Source: Protoeuglena noctilucae (lineage: Eukaryota). From it: a stretch of DNA of 64,000 nt. Positions 24,772-38,565 of this stretch are shown piece after piece. Within the stretch, counting starts at the first letter, position 1; every line of letters begins with the position of its first letter. The position numbers and the translations under genes are program-made. The notes under the pieces were generated by a model. The model made no database searches. It had not been told where the DNA came from and saw only the letters and a program-made list of their open reading frames with translations. Location of the stretch: positions 930,001 through 994,000 of the forward strand of contig OY253681.1 in assembly GCA_958009085.1 (NCBI GenBank). The letters are read 5' to 3'.

Positions 24772-27489
24772 TCACAACTCAAACGACTCCTCGTGGAAGT
24801 CAAACACCACGCCATTGCGCGAGTGTGCGATAGCTGCGGCGCGTGTGCTGGCGAGCAGCGCCGTCGGCCCGCACGCCAGCACCGCCACCCGCCTCTCCCC
24901 GTGCGCTCTGGCCATCGCGGCTGCGATATGGGGGACGCGTGAATGCCTCGACTCTGCACCAAGAAGCGTAGAGCCGACCAGGCAGCACGAGTACCTCCAG
25001 CCAAAATGACCAAAGAGCTTTGCGCAGCTGTGTGTCTGTACAGGCGCCAACCCCAGCCCCTCACCCATGCGGGCAATGATGAGGTCCATGTCTGGGCGCC
25101 CCACGCGGCACTCCTTGCACGTCCCACGAACCACCACCCGGCCCTGACAGGCGCCCTCCGCACCCGGGCCACCCGCCCCATTCGCGGGTGCCACCCGCCG
25201 CACCGCTCTGCTGGCCGACCCCGGCTTCGTCAGATAGAACTCCGTGTGCAGGACGTCGTCGTCCATGCGACACAGGTCCGCAGGGTCCCGGCTCTGCCCC
25301 GAGTCCCCTTCAAGCGCCAGCATGGCCCGCGACTGCCCCAGGCGCGCCAGGTAGTCCGGCTGGAACGACATCGGCAGCCTGCGAGCACACACGCATGCGA
25401 CATGCTCATCCACCACCTGCCTGCTCCCTGCCGCACCTCCCACTGCCCCCAGGCCCGCACAGCCGCTTTGCCCAGTCCGCACAGCCGCCCCCACCCACCT
25501 GTCCGGCAGGTTCTCCCGCGCGTACTCGGTGTTCCACGGCCGCACGGCGTCCATCATCACCCGGTCACGCACCGACCACACGAAAAACACCTTCCTGCGA
25601 CACGCGGCAGGGGAGCATCCCATGTTGGCATGACGCACAGCAACACCTCACACAGCGCGACACCCCAAGCGGCTGCACCCCTGCATAGCCCCGTACAGCT
25701 GCATCCCCGCCCGTCGCGGCTCACTTGAGCGGCCTCCCCGCGTCGCTCTGCTTCAGCAGCGTGTTGCAGATGCTCTGCATGGGCGTGATGCCGATGCCGC
25801 CCGACACCAGCAGCACCATGCGGTACCGGTCCCCCCAGATGTCCACCTGGGGCTTGCCGTGGGGGCCCTCGACCCAGACCTTCAGCCGCTTCGTGCCCAC
25901 CTCCCCCTGCAACAGAAGGGGGCCAAGGCTTACACACCCCACACCGCGCATGCCCATCTCACACACACTGGGCAGGGCTAGTGCACCAGCAGCAGCCTGC
26001 CCCGGTAGCAACCGCCCTCGCCCCGCATAGCCCTCACTGTGCGCATGGGCCTGCGTGACACATGTGCCCTGCGCCACTGCCGCCCCCTTGTCTGGTCACC
26101 TTGTTCTTGTCCGCCGTCCCCGCCACCAGCTTGTACAGCCCCTTCGTCCACCCCCCCAGCACGCGGATGTGCAGCGTGATGTCCCGGTCCCCCGGCGACG
26201 ACGAGATGCTGAAGGGGTGCCACTGGAACATGGTCAGCTCCGGCACGCAGATCCACACGTACTGGCCCCCGAGGTAGTCGAACTGGTCGCCGGGGAGCGT
26301 CAGGCGCACCACGTCGCCGGGGAGGGCGTCGGCGGTGGCATCCACGCTGTTGTGGAAACGAGCCACGGCTGCGGACGGGGCAGGGCGCCAAGAGGTGTTC
26401 TGCACTTACTAGCCCATCTGAAGCACACCGTGTCGTGCAGGCATCGTTTCCGGCCTCACCGAGTCGGACAATGTAGTGAATGACGATTCCCACGCCCACG
26501 ACCGTGACGACCGCGGAGTTGTGATAGATGCAGGCGATGGCGATGGAGATGAGCAGTACCCAGTGCAGCACATGCCACACCTCCCACAGCTTGCGCCGGA
26601 TGGGGGTGATGGACGTGAGCACGATGGCGCCCAGGAAGGCAAAGATGAGCCATCCCGTGAAGACCTGGTAGACCTGGTAGGGGTTAGGGTTCCTCTGGCT
26701 AGGGTCGTCGCCTATGTAGTAGTTGAGGCCGTGCTCCAGCGACAGTGCCACTGTGGGAGCGGGTGGGCGTGTCGTTGTGTGTGCCGTTGTGTGCAAGAGG
26801 TCCGCCCGCGGCAGCGGGCCGGTGCAAGAAACTCACGTGTGATGAGGGAGGCCACGTTGTGCCAGAAGATGGCCCGCTCGAAGGGGAGGCCCAGGACGAA
26901 GGCCCAGACCGAGTTGCGCATGGGCAGGAGGAAGGCCACGGCAAAGGCGAACTCGGCAATGCTGCCGGTGCTCCCCTGGCTGTTCCAGCTTAAAATGCCG
27001 GCGGCGGCCGGGACGGCGATGGCCAGGAACATGAAGAGAAGCTCGCCCCATGTGAGCTGCACGTACTTCGTCGAGATGGCCCGCCTGCGGCAAGGGAGCA
27101 GCTGCAGCTGGGCCCCCGAGTGTCCGTGTCGAGTGTCCGTGTGCAGGTTTGACCCCTTCCCACAGACCCTCAGGATCAAGCCGCACCTCAACAGGGGTTG
27201 CGACAAGCGCCATTGCAGCCGTGCAGTCGCATCCAGGAGCCTGCGGCGTGGCTTGCTTCGCTTCTGCGCGGGGCGGAGGAGGGCAAAGTTGCCACGAATT
27301 CCAGCACACGGGGGAACACGATGCGCCTGCGACGGGACTCACTCGGGCAAAAGAGAAAAAGCGGTGTTCGAGCCACGCGTGCTCGTGGGGCATCCATCTC
27401 TCGGCGAGCAAATCGGCGGTGCTTCTCTCCCGAGAGGCCGCGGGGTCCGCGTGCGCACTGGCAAGCTCCATGACGCGGTTCGCGGACAT
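24772..27489 (-). CDS. Ferric reductase / NADPH-oxidase-like transmembrane flavocytochrome (FRO/FRE family)
   Basis: Heme-ligand His segments 'FERAIFWH...LEH' and 'WHVLH...IYH', FAD site 'QWHPFSISS', 'VEGPHG', NADPH site 'SGGIGITP', 'CGP' and terminal 'HEESFEL'. Confidence 0.92.
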
Positions 27490-27852
27490 GATGCGAGGAG
27501 CTGCTATCGGGCAAGGTGCAGTCGCATCGAACGCAGGCGTTTGCGTTGAACTGGGTTACAGATGATGAGTACGGACCCCGTGTAGCCTGCTCTGCACCAA
27601 CTTCGACGCAGGGATTGCGAACGGAACTCGTGCACTGGCCCCATCGGCCCCAACTCGAAGTAGGGAGTAGGGCGCAGCTCGGCCCTACCCAGCCAGTACA
27701 CACGTCGTCGCTGCGGGCCTGCTGGCCCGCGATGTTTGTGCTCACTCGCATATTTGCGCGAAGGATCACCCCTGAGATCTGCGCTCACCTTCAAGGGCAG
27801 AGAGTTGTAACCTTGAGCGTCTTTTCAGGCAGCCAATGCAGAACACGGCAGG

Positions 27853-30800
27853 ATGAGTTGCTGTTGTGTTGTTCGCCTCGAACGTCAAGTCCCATGCTGG
27901 CCCCGACGGGCTGTCCTGCGCGCCTTGCGGCCAGCACGCCGCTCCGCGGTCCGAGCAGTCCCCAACAAGGGTGCTGGGGCTGGCGCGGCGCGGTATTCCG
28001 AGGAGCATGCGCTGTCCGTCTGGAAGGGACCGGAGACGAGCATTTCCGAAAGCCACCCGGCCCCGCCCCTCGCCGAGGGCCGCCGGCGATACCCGCTGAC
28101 AGCTGTCGTAGGCAACGCCGCAGCCAAGACGGCGCTGCTGGTTGCGGCCGTGTGCCCTAGCCTCAGCGTGCTGCTCATGGGACGTCGCGGGACCGCCAAG
28201 ACGGGTGCGGGGGCGAGGGTGGTTAGCAAGTCGGCACAACAGCTGATCGACCTCGGTCTCATTGCAAGGTCACCTTACCCCCACAACCAACCTGCCCGCA
28301 GTGCTGGCGCGCGGCATGCACCAGCTGCTGCCCCCCCTCCGCGTGGTGCGCGGTTCCTGGTCCAACGCCGACCCCGACCGCCCCGGCGAGTGGGAGACGG
28401 GCCTGGCCCCCAACCCCCATGTGGACATACGCCCCTGCCCCCTCGTGGGTGTTCCCCTGGGCGCGACTGAGGACCGTGTCGTCGGGGCCATCGACGTCGA
28501 GGCATCTGTGCGCCAGGGCCGCCCCTCGCTGCAGCCGGGGCTGCTTGCCGAGGCGCACCGGGGCGTGCTGTGCCTGGACGAGGTCAATCTGCTGGACGAG
28601 GGCATCGGTGAGGGATGGGTGACATGCATGAGTGAGATGCATGAGGTCAACTCGCTGGTCAGCTCCCTCCTCTCACCACTCCGCCTCCCCCCTTATCACT
28701 GCAGCGCACCTGGTTTTGTCTGCTGTCGATGCCGGGGGCAGCCGTGTGGAGCGCGAGGGTCTCTCGGCGTGGCACCCCTGCGCGCCCCTGCTCGTCGCCA
28801 CGATGAACCCCGAAGAGGGACCCCTCCCAGAGACACTCCTGGACCGGTTCGCCATGATCGGTGAGACTGCAGGAATGGGTGGCAACTGCGGTCAGGCACA
28901 GTAGAGTGAGTGTGACACGGCTTCCCAACGCTCTTAACGCTGCAGTGGAAGCCGAGACGCTGACTGGCGAGGATCGCGTGTTGGCGGAGGAGGCGGCCGA
29001 GTGGGCGGGGGATGAACCTGCGGGGTTTCAGGAGGCATTCCAGGCAAGGGCAAGAAGTCAGACCCACAGGTAGAAAGCAGGCGCAGCCCCTGCCATGACC
29101 GCTGCAGGGTGCCGTGCTCGGTGCATGCAAGTCTCTCGCGATGCGTGCAGGAGGCGGAGGGAGAGCTGGCGGCACGGATTGCTGCGGGGAGGCTGCTCAT
29201 GGAGGAGGGAGCCGTGACCGTATCACGGGAGCAGGTGCGACAGGCCGGACAGAAGACAAGGCAGTGGATGGCATCGTGCCCACGCTCGACATGACCCAGG
29301 ACCACCCCATCTGCTAGCGCTCCCGTCACGATCCAGGACTGCCCCACTCAGCATGTTCTTCATCCACCACAGGTAGCATACCTCGCCCGCGAGTGCACGG
29401 GCGCCCTCTGCGAGGGGAACCGCGTGGAGGTCTATGCTGCCCGCGCTGCCCAGGCACACGCCGCACTCCATGGCCGCACCGCCGTCGCTGCCCCGGACCT
29501 GCGGGCCGCCATTGAGCTCGTCGTCATGCCACGAGCGCGGGCCGTGCCGCGCGCGCCGCCCCCGCCACCCCAGGCGAGGCAGCGGCTGGCGGAGCCTGAC
29601 AGTGGCAGCCAAGGTGGCAGGTCACACGGTTGCCTGGTCCACGACCGTCGCTGCCTGGCTCCCTGAGCATGTTTGCGCAGTGATTTGCAGACTTCTATGC
29701 AATGCACCGGTGTGACTGCAACGCAGGATCAGGAGCATGAGGAGGAGGGTGAAGAGAGCGAGAAGAGCGAGAGTGGGTCTGGAGACGAGCAGAGTGAGGA
29801 AGAGAAGGAAGAGGAAGAGGAGCTGCCTGTCCCATCGGGGATGGTGTTTGCCCCAGAGGCAGTCGACGACGCGGCTGATCTCATGGCTGCGGCAAGGGCG
29901 GTGATGCAGGCGTGGGGACGGGGGGGGCGCACCAAGGTGTGAGTCACTACCATATGAACGGGAGCTGTTTGCTGTAACTGCACCGGCGCTGCACCGAGGG
30001 CATCCCCATGTGTCAACGCTATGACCCGAGTGTCCACCGACGCAGAAGGACACAGTCGTGTCGCGGGTGCGGGGTCGATACGTTAAAGCGGAGATTCCCA
30101 AGGGCCCCGACTTCCGCCTGGCCGTCGACGCCACTCTGCGCGCCGCCGCGCCCCACCAGCGCTGGCGCCGGGCCCACCGGGGTGACGCATGGGCGGCTGA
30201 GTTGGGCCGCCTGCCGACTGCAGCTCCTGGCGAAGAGGGTGGCCAGGCCGGGGCGCTGTGGCGGGCGGCGGCAAGGCGGGCCAAACAGCCCCAAAGGCCC
30301 TTGAAGGTGGGCCGGTCAAGCGGAGTTGCATGCCATGTGGCGCATGCAATATGTGCATGAGATGTCGACATCGCATCATCGGCTAGCCCCTGCAGGTGTT
30401 GGTGGACAAGGACGACGTGCGATCCAAGCGTCTGATGCACCGCGAGGGACAGCTGGCGGTGCTGGTGGTGGACGCGTCAGGGTCCATGGCCCTCAACCGC
30501 ATGGGGGCGGCCAAGGGGGCAGCACTGCGGTGGGGTGCAAACACGCGAAGCACCTGAGACAAGAGCTGATGTGAGTTTGACAATGACAACTCACAGCGTG
30601 TTAGACAAGCTCCTGTTAATCCCGCACCCGCAGCATCCTGGATGAGAGTTACCGCCGAAGGGCACAGGTGGCACTGGTGGCGGCGTGGGGCACGCGTGCG
30701 CAGGTGCTGCTCCCTCCGACGAGGGCATTGGCGCGGGCGCAAGCGAGGCTGCGGGAGCTACCGTGTGGGGGCGGCACCCCCCTGGCCCACGCGGTCAAGG

Positions 30801-31414
30801 CGGCAGCGCAGGTGGCAGCCACTGCGCGCGCCAGGGGGGAGGTGTCGCGCGTGAGTGCACTCCTGCTGACGGACGGCAGGGCCAATATCCCACTGCGCGT
30901 CAGGCGAGATGCCGCTGGCAGTGGGCACGGTGCAGCACGTTATACTCCCTCGTTTGCACCCCCGCACCTCCCGCCGCCACTCTGCGCTTGCAGTGAGGAA
31001 GGGCCCCCTGTGCAGGCAGCAGCGCCCCTGACCCTGGGCCAGTCCACTCCGCGCGTGGTGGTGGAGGAGAGCAAGGAAGCCATGGCAGAGGAGGTGAGGG
31101 GTGGCAGGTGCAGATGTGTTCATCACACCAGGGCAGTGACGTTCCATGGATGGCCACCATCAGCGAGAGTGTCGTGGGTACAAAACAGATAGCGCCTCCC
31201 TCCCCAGGTCTGTGTGCTGGCCCAGTCTCTGGTCCGCTCCCACGTCGACCTCACCGTCATCGACACCTCGGGATCCTTCGCCATCCCCGACGCTGCGCGG
31301 CCAGCCGCGGCCCTGGCTGCGCGGTGCGGGTGCCGCTACCTGCACCTGCCCATCGGCACGAGGCGTGGGGACGAGGCACTGGAGACGGCACTGCATGCCG
31401 TGGTGGCCCAGTGA
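27853..31414 (+). CDS. Magnesium chelatase subunit D (ChlD/BchD) family AAA+ - vWA protein, divergent (about 12 exons)
   Basis: 'YPLTAVVG', 'GRRGTAKT', '[11 protein letters not shown]', '[20 protein letters not shown]', Pro/acidic linker, MIDAS 'VVDASGSM', 'GGGTPLAH', 'LTDGRANI'. Transit-peptide-like N-terminus. Confidence 0.88.
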
Positions 31415-31458
31415 GGAGGGAGGCGAGAGGGTGTCAAGTAGCACACTCAGGGCCCTTG

Positions 31459-31463
31459 TTACA
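31459..31463 (-). promoter_or_regulatory. Candidate chlorophyte polyadenylation signal TGTAA
   Basis: TTACA on the plus strand, about 40 nt downstream of the macrodomain stop codon. Confidence 0.35.
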
Positions 31464-31504
31464 GTGCGCCTTTCAAGCACGGCAGGCGTGCCCAGACGGT
31501 CATC

Positions 31505-32419
31505 TCAGCCCAGCCGCGGGAGCTTGGCGCGCTCTGCCGCTGCCTCCCACGCCCGCATCGCCGCATCGTCGAAAAGGACAAAGTGAACCTCAGCGGGCGC
31601 GCCCTCCCCCACGCACGCCTGCCCCAGCGCTGCCAGTGCCACGTCAGCCGCCTCGTGCAGGGGGTAGCCGTACACGCCGCAGCTGATGGCTGGGAAGGCC
31701 ACCGTCGCCAGCCGGTGCTCGCGGGCCTGTCGAGCAGAGGAGGATTCGATTGCTGCCATCTAAACACAGTGCATGCGCCTCAACACAAGTAAACTGCTAC
31801 TCACCAGGGCTATGCTGTGCTGGTAGCACGAGGAGAGCAGCGCTGCGGACGCCTCCCGGGACTGCCGGCTGTAGACGGGTCCCACCGTGTGGATGACGTG
31901 CTTGGCAGGCAGGCGGGAACCGGGCGTGATGCGCGCCTGGCCGGTCGGGCAGCGCGCCCCGGATGCGTCCTCGGGCACCTGGGGAGCGGAAAGGGCATGG
32001 AGGAGCTCAATTGTGAGGCGACAACGGGCAAGGGTCGCGCGAGCCTTCCTCCGTTGCAATCTCGGCGCACCTTCAGACACGCTTCGTAGAGTTCCGGCCC
32101 CGCAGCGCGGTGGATGGCCCCGTCCACGCCCCCGCCACCCAGCATACGTTCATTCGCGGCATTGACGATCGCGTTTCCGGTCCTGAGAGGGCTGACAGCG
32201 CGCAAATCGGTCCGGAGGTTTTGCGAACAAGGATGGCGCAACCACCCGCGGCGCTGCGCCTCGCCATCGTGTGATATCGCCCTTGGAAAGGACGAGTGCG
32301 GGTCCTGACGCCAACCGATACCGCAGCGCGCCGTCCCCTGCGGCCCCTGCCCCGGGCATCCGAGAAGACATGGCGCGGCCACCGAGATGCCTGGTGCAAG
32401 ACGCCCACAGCCGATGCAT
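31505..32419 (-). CDS. MacroD-type macrodomain (O-acetyl-ADP-ribose deacetylase / mono-ADP-ribosylhydrolase), 4 exons
   Basis: 'GDITRW', '[25 protein letters not shown]', '[10 protein letters not shown]', '[13 protein letters not shown]'. Confidence 0.93.
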
Positions 32420-32859
32420 CGCACCCGCGCTTGGCTACTTCGACAGGGCAGCTAGGCAAGACCGAGAGCCTTCTGTGCGATTATGCAATTAAATGGCTAG
32501 GCTGGGTACCAACCCATACAACCCTACCTGCAAGCATGACTAACGCCCCCTCAGGCTCTAGCGGGGACACGCCTGGTGAGCAGCATCAGAGAGGAGCAAG
32601 TAGAGCAGCGGAAGTGACAGCCTAGGATAAAAGAGCAAGCTGTTCGCACACTACTTCCTATCCCGGCTCATCAGCGGGAAGGCAGCGACGAGGAGGGGCG
32701 GCAGCAGCGGTGAGAGAGGGAACCAAGGCCGTGGGGTGGGCGTGAGTTGATGGCTCTTAAGCCAGTCGGGCCGAAGCGGGTGGGGCTGCGGATTATGTAT
32801 CTCTAGGGCCAGCCTTCCGCCTCACTATCAAGCGCCTGTGGAGCACGGCGCAACCCGAC

Positions 32860-35800
32860 CTACGCCACCGCATCGCCCCCACCAAGCGCCCGGCAGAGTC
32901 CGCGGACGGCGTCGGCGAGGTCCCCCTGCGTCCCCTTTGCCACCCCCAGACTCTGACGGAGTGCCTCTGCCAGCGCCACCGCGGCCTCAATGCCGCGCAA
33001 CGCCTCGCCCGCCCGCCGCAGCTCCCCCTGCGTCCCCGCCCCTCCACGCCACAGAGCCCGGGACAGCGGGCGCAGTGCATCCGCTTCAAGCCCCATCCCC
33101 ACCGCCACTGCCGCCGCCGCGTGCGCCACCAGCCCCTCCGCACACGCGCGCCCCAGCCACCCTTCTGCAGCTCCCTCCCCCTCCAGCGCCGCTGCCATCT
33201 CCTCCGCCGCCTGCTGGCCCCTCAACACCTCCGAGCCACCCTCCCTGGCGTCCTCCACCAGCCCAGCCACCACTTCTGCGGCCAGACAGGGGAGCAAGGC
33301 GTGGCCTGCCAGCACCGACCCTCCACCCGCATCGAGGCACCCCCGCCACGCGTGCTCATCAGACTCACCCGCGGGCGTCGGGCAGCACGTCGCAGCCAGG
33401 CACGCCTCCGGTCGGGGCAGCAGCCGCGCTCCCCCGTGGTCCACCAGGGCAGACACGGCCGCGGCGCGCATGCCCGGGGGCGCGGCGGGCGACACGAGGA
33501 GGGCGGCTGCCTGGGCCAGGAGGGCGTCCCCGAACGACGCAGTGCAAAGGTACTCGCACAGCGCTGCGGCCGTGTGCTGGCCCAGGCCAAGCAGGGGGGG
33601 CCGGGAGGGGTGCCAGGGAGCGTGGCGGGGGGCCATTGCCGCGACCTCCTCCGCCAGCGTCGCGAGGAGCGCCGCCCGCGCCCCCTCGTGCGCCCACGCC
33701 TCCACCCGCGCATCTGTCAGCACCGCGCGGCGCAGGGTCGCTCCCAGGCGCCGGCCGGGGCCCATGCGTATGGCTGAGGGGACGCCAGACGCGAGCCATC
33801 CGAGGCACAGGGTGGCGCAGGAGGCCTCGATCGCAGCTACGGGCAGCACGGAGTGGGACATGCGTGGAGTGAGAGCGGGGTAAGCTCAGCAGATGCGATG
33901 GGCGAGCAGGTGCGGCCAGCCACCCACCCGCGTGCGCTTCAGCAAGGGGCGCGAGGGGCGCGGCCCCTGCAGGCGCGTCCGCCTGCAGGCCCGACGGCAC
34001 GGGTTGCGCACAGGCGGCCCAGGCCCAGTCGGGCGGCAGCGGCAGGCGCGAGCCCAGGGCATCGAGCGCGCCGGGGCAGGGCGCCAGCGCGAGGGTGGGT
34101 GCCGCGGGGCCGGCCGGCAGCGCCACCCGCGGGAGGGGCCGCGACCGCCCCAGCCACGCAGCCGCGTAGCCCCCGAACAGCGCCGCGGCCACCTCCCGCG
34201 CCCCCGGCAGCGACCCCGCCACGCGCTCCCCCACGCCCCCCGCCTCATCCGCCCCAGGGACCACCAGCCGTGCCGCCGCTGATGCCGCGCCCTCGCCCTC
34301 CCCCGCGCACCGCAGCGCCGCCGCCCGCGCCCCCCCCACGGCCACCTCCACGCGGTCCCCCCGCAGCAGCTGCGCCAGGGCCGACAGCGCCTCAGGCTCC
34401 GCGCCGGGGGGCAGCAGCGACGGGGCGCTCAGCAGGACCTCTGCGGCCGGGTCATAGCCGTGGCACGCCTCCCCCGGCCCCACGGCACACGCCAGCGCCG
34501 CGAGCATGGCGGGGGCCAGGAGGGACTGCTGCGCGACCTGCAGAGCCACGGACCCCAGCGGTCCCAGCCGGATCGGCGCCTGCATCGAGGGGCCGCCCAG
34601 GGTTGCGGCAGCGGCGGCCACGGCGCGGGCGGCGCGGCGCAGGGGCGCGCGCATGACGTCCTCCCACCGCACGGCCTTGGTGCGAGCGGCCAGCAGCGCG
34701 GCGGCTGACAGCAGCGCCGCGGCGCTCGCCCCCAGCAGCGCGGCCCGCCCCGCCCCCCCACCGCCCGCCAACACCCGGGCCAAGCGCACCCCCTGCGAGC
34801 CCTCCCCCAGAGGGACAGCTGCGTCTGCTTCCTTCACTGCCGCGCACCCCGCCTCCACCGCCCCGCACGCCACCCCGCAGAAGGCCGCCTGCGCCACCTC
34901 CACCGCCCGCTCCACGTGGGCGTCCGACAGATGCGGTGCCGCGGCCGCCATGCCCCAGGCCGCCGCCGCCGCCAGCACCTCGCAGCACGCCGCCTGCATG
35001 TCCAGAGAGGCCCACAGCGCCTCGGCCTCCGCCCCACTCGGCGCCGCGGCTCCCCCCGTGCCCCAGCGCGGCATGGCCACCGACGCGCCCCCCTCCGCCA
35101 GCCGCTGCCACGCGGCCCCCGCCGCGAGGGGCAGGGCGTGCGCCGCCACCGCCGCGCACCGCGCCAGCAGCTCCCTCGACACCCACCGCAGGGGCGGGCT
35201 CGGTGCCGCTTCGTCGCACCCCGTCGGGTGCAGCCCCAGCTCCGCCCGCAGCTGGCACCGGGCTGCGCACGCCACGCACCGAAGCATCTCTGCGGCCACC
35301 TCCCCCGCTTCTGCGACGACGCATTGGGTGAGGAGTTAGGGTCATCACTCGCGCAGTGACGCTTCCAATGGCCATGCCATCTGCCACACGCAGACACGGC
35401 TCAGCAACCACCCTCGCTCGCCTGGCGCGTCCCCCACGGCCACCAGGGGCGCCTCGAGGACGGCGTCGTGCGAGAGGGTGCTCACCCCCCGCCGCACGCA
35501 CGCGCTCAGCAGACGCAGCGCCTCCACGTCCCCCGCGTCGCCCAGCCCCGACAGCGGCAGGCCCAGCACGCCGGCGCGCTCGGCCCATGCCCCCCCGCTC
35601 TCCGCGCACATCGCCACGGCCGACAGGAGCCGCGCGCACTCGGCCCTCGCGCCCCGGCACTCGTCCCCCCACCGCGCGTCGCACCCCGCTTCCCCGTCCC
35701 ATCCCGGCACCCACACCCCCGCCACCGCCGCCGCCAGCCCCTCGTCCGCCGCCACCGCCGCCGCCCCCCGCCGCCCCGACAGCGCCGCCGCCGTCAGCAG

Positions 35801-37543
35801 CAGCAGCAGAGATCGCACCGCCCCCGGGGCGCAGCCGGGGCCCAGCAGCGCCCGCGCGCGCGCCACCAGGCCCCACTCCAGCAGCTGCCCCAGGGGGTCG
35901 TGCGCCGGCCCCTCCCCGTCCGCCCCCGCTGGCCCCTCCTGCCCGTATGCCAGCCACGCCCCCGCTGCCTCTGCCCGCCACACGTGGCCCGTCGCCACCA
36001 GCCCTCCCGACACGGGGCAGCGCCAGTACAGATCCCAGCAAAGCAGCTCCACGCCCTGCCGCGCCCCCACCAGCGCATCCAGGCACCTGCAGCAGAGAAG
36101 AGGCCGAGGTCATTGACGCTGCCACAGCCCTCCTCCCACCCGTTGCGCTCGCCGCCACGCCGCACCTGGCGGCTGCCGCTGCCACTGCGGGACTCGTGTC
36201 GTCCAGCGCCGCCCGCACCCACGCCAGCCGCCCCGCGTCCCACGCAAGGTACGCATACGCCTCATGGGCCGGGACCGAAGCAGGGGCCTCGCCCTCTGCC
36301 CCATCCGCGGGTGCCGTCAGTCCCCACGGGTCCTCCAGGCCAGGGCGGCAGGCGGAGGCCACACGCTCGAGCAGACGCAGCGCGGCCGTGCGGTGCGGGG
36401 CATGCGTGCTCCTCAGCAGGACCAGCGCCTCCGGGAGGGTGTAGCCCATGCGCGCACCGGGCTCCGAGGCACTGCGATGGAGAAAAACGGACGCGGGGAG
36501 ATGATGACACACCGGGTTGCGAACAAGAAGAGGCGAGGGCACAGGTGCATCCGTGACGCCTCACCGCAGCACGTCGCGCTGGAGCACGGTCTCGGGCGCG
36601 GCCGCCAAGTGGCCGAACACCGCCTGCAGCTGGGCGTCGGCCAGCCCCTCCGCTCCGCCCCCAACCGCCGCCACCGCCGCCGCCACCTGCGCCCCGGTCA
36701 ACGCCGCGCCACCCTCCCACCCCACGCACTGGCCGTCTGGGGAAAAGCGGAGGCGCGCGGCCGGTGGAATCGACGCGCGCTCGCTCGCTCGCATCGCCTC
36801 CGCAGCCTCGTCGCCCCCGGGTGCTGTGCCCCCACGCTGCCCGGGGTTGGTCGCCATGGACGGGACAGGGGTGGCAGCCGGGCCGGTCCCCGCCCGCGCC
36901 GCGCCCCGTCGCTGCAGCATGGCTAGGAGGGACGGCGACAGGCGCGAGGATATCTCCTGCGAGCAGTTGCTGCAGCCTGGTCACTGCAGCTGCACCCCCG
37001 CACGCCACCGCCACAGCTGTGACGGTGCCAGCTCGCCCTCACCTCCATCGCCTGCGCCACCTCCTCGGCCGACATCGACGCCACTTTCCGTGCGTTCTCC
37101 TCAGATATGCGGCGCCACTCGTCCTCCTCGCCGCCTTCCGCGGGAGGGGCGCCGCTGCCACCGGACACGGAGGTGGGGTGGTGCCCGGAGTCACGAGGGC
37201 CGCGCGGCGCGGAGGAGAGGTCCACGCCCTGCCGACTGCGGTGCTGGGCGACGGGGAAGCCCCGCGGATGCGACGCAGCGGGGGCGGGCGGCGCAGTGGG
37301 AGGGGAAACTGTCAAAGCGTCGGGGCACCGCTCCACCACGGCGCCGAGCAGCGGAGCGGGGGGCTCGCGTGGATCGGGATCTGCTCTCGTGTCGGACTTG
37401 GACGTTTCCGTCTCTCGTGGCGTCGGGGCGGTCCGCCGCTGCACGCGCACGGCCCGGGCCGCGGGCGACTCGCCCCTCGCGAGGAATGCATGCTGCTCCC
37501 GCAGCAGCTCGTCCTCGTCCTCCCAGGGCCCGCCACCTTGCAT
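32860..37543 (-). CDS. RPAP1 / MINIYO-like RNA polymerase II-associated protein
   Basis: RPAP1-N motif 'ISEENARKVASMSAEEVAQAMEEI...SPSLLAMLQRR', 'LRFSPDG', RPAP1-C motif 'GYTLPEALVLLRSTHAPHR..AL..L', then long Ala/Leu helical exons. Confidence 0.78.
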
Positions 37544-38307
37544 GATTTTCGATTCGATTCGAATGGATCGACGGTCGGAGACCCTGCAGGGGCGCGCCAG
37601 AGCGCCGCTGAACGGGCAACCACCACGTGTTTAAGCGGAACTCTATTTGACAGCGCCCTGCACTTCCAGGACCTTCTCGCACCGATTGTGAGTCGCGAGC
37701 GGGGGGAGCATCGCCACTATCGCCGCCCATGAGTGTGCGCCAGACGCGGATCGCCAGACGAGCGTGTTCAAGCGACATGGCCGAGTCTCGGCATGCACTA
37801 ATCAGCCATCAGAACCCGAGCTTGCAGCGGACCAAATCTCCTCGCAGGCATGCCGTACATGTCTACGCATCTATGCTCTCGCACGTGCACGTGGGCCCGG
37901 CCCCCTGGTGGCGCGCGTGCTCGACAAGCACGTCCTTTTCGCAGGCAGACTAGCCTGGGTCAACCCGTCGTAGTGACGCGACTGCCTGCGGGCGGCGATC
38001 ACCCCATGTGGACGACCGCCGTGCATCTGGTGAGCGGCGCCTCTGCTGAACGACGATTGCCGGGCATTTAGGGCGAGGTCGTGATTGTTGCGACTGAAGT
38101 CGGCATGTCCAGCCTCGCAGTGGGAGAGCGACGCTTCTTTCCGGGTCTTGGCGGGGATCGCCGCGACCGTCGTGGTGGCGATGGCCGCGGAGCTGGCCAT
38201 GCGAGCTCGTCGGGCCGCAGACCAGGTGAGTTGGCCCGGCATTTCATGAAGCGTGTCTTCCAGTACCTGTGCGTGGTGCGTAAGGAAGGAGGAGGCCTAT
38301 ACTCTAC

Positions 38308-38565
38308 GTGCAGCTTGTGGACGTGGCCGGGAGCGCTGCAGAGGAGGCCCTGGAGGAGGCCAGGCGTGAAGAGCAGGCTGGTGTCCGAAGCCCCATCGTC
38401 GCTTGGGCGAACGTACGGAAGATCGCGTGGTTCTTCCTTCCCCCTGCGATGCCCGAAGCAAGTCCTCCGCAACACGGCCCGCTCGGCATCGATGTGGCCC
38501 TGGTCGGGGAGCTCGCCCTCATCACGGGTCTCATCGTCCTGGGTTGCACCACTCTGGTGCTGTGA
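38308..38565 (+). CDS. Possible terminal exon of a small tail-anchored membrane protein
   Basis: Protein-like frame ending in a hydrophobic helix 'LALITGLIVLGCTTLVL'; no convincing start or upstream exon. Confidence 0.25.
   Translation: MQLVDVAGSAAEEALEEARREEQAGVRSPIVAWANVRKIAWFFLPPAMPEASPPQHGPLGIDVALVGELALITGLIVLGCTTLVL

Noticed and set aside
32490..32630. Possible MITE bounded by CTAGGCTG...CAGCCTAG
   Set aside because: Only an 8-bp inverted match, with no clear target-site duplication or second copy.
33841..33900. Apparent missing AG acceptor in the RPAP1-like gene
   Set aside because: A downstream TAG acceptor (about 33838) restores the frame, so no non-canonical site is needed.
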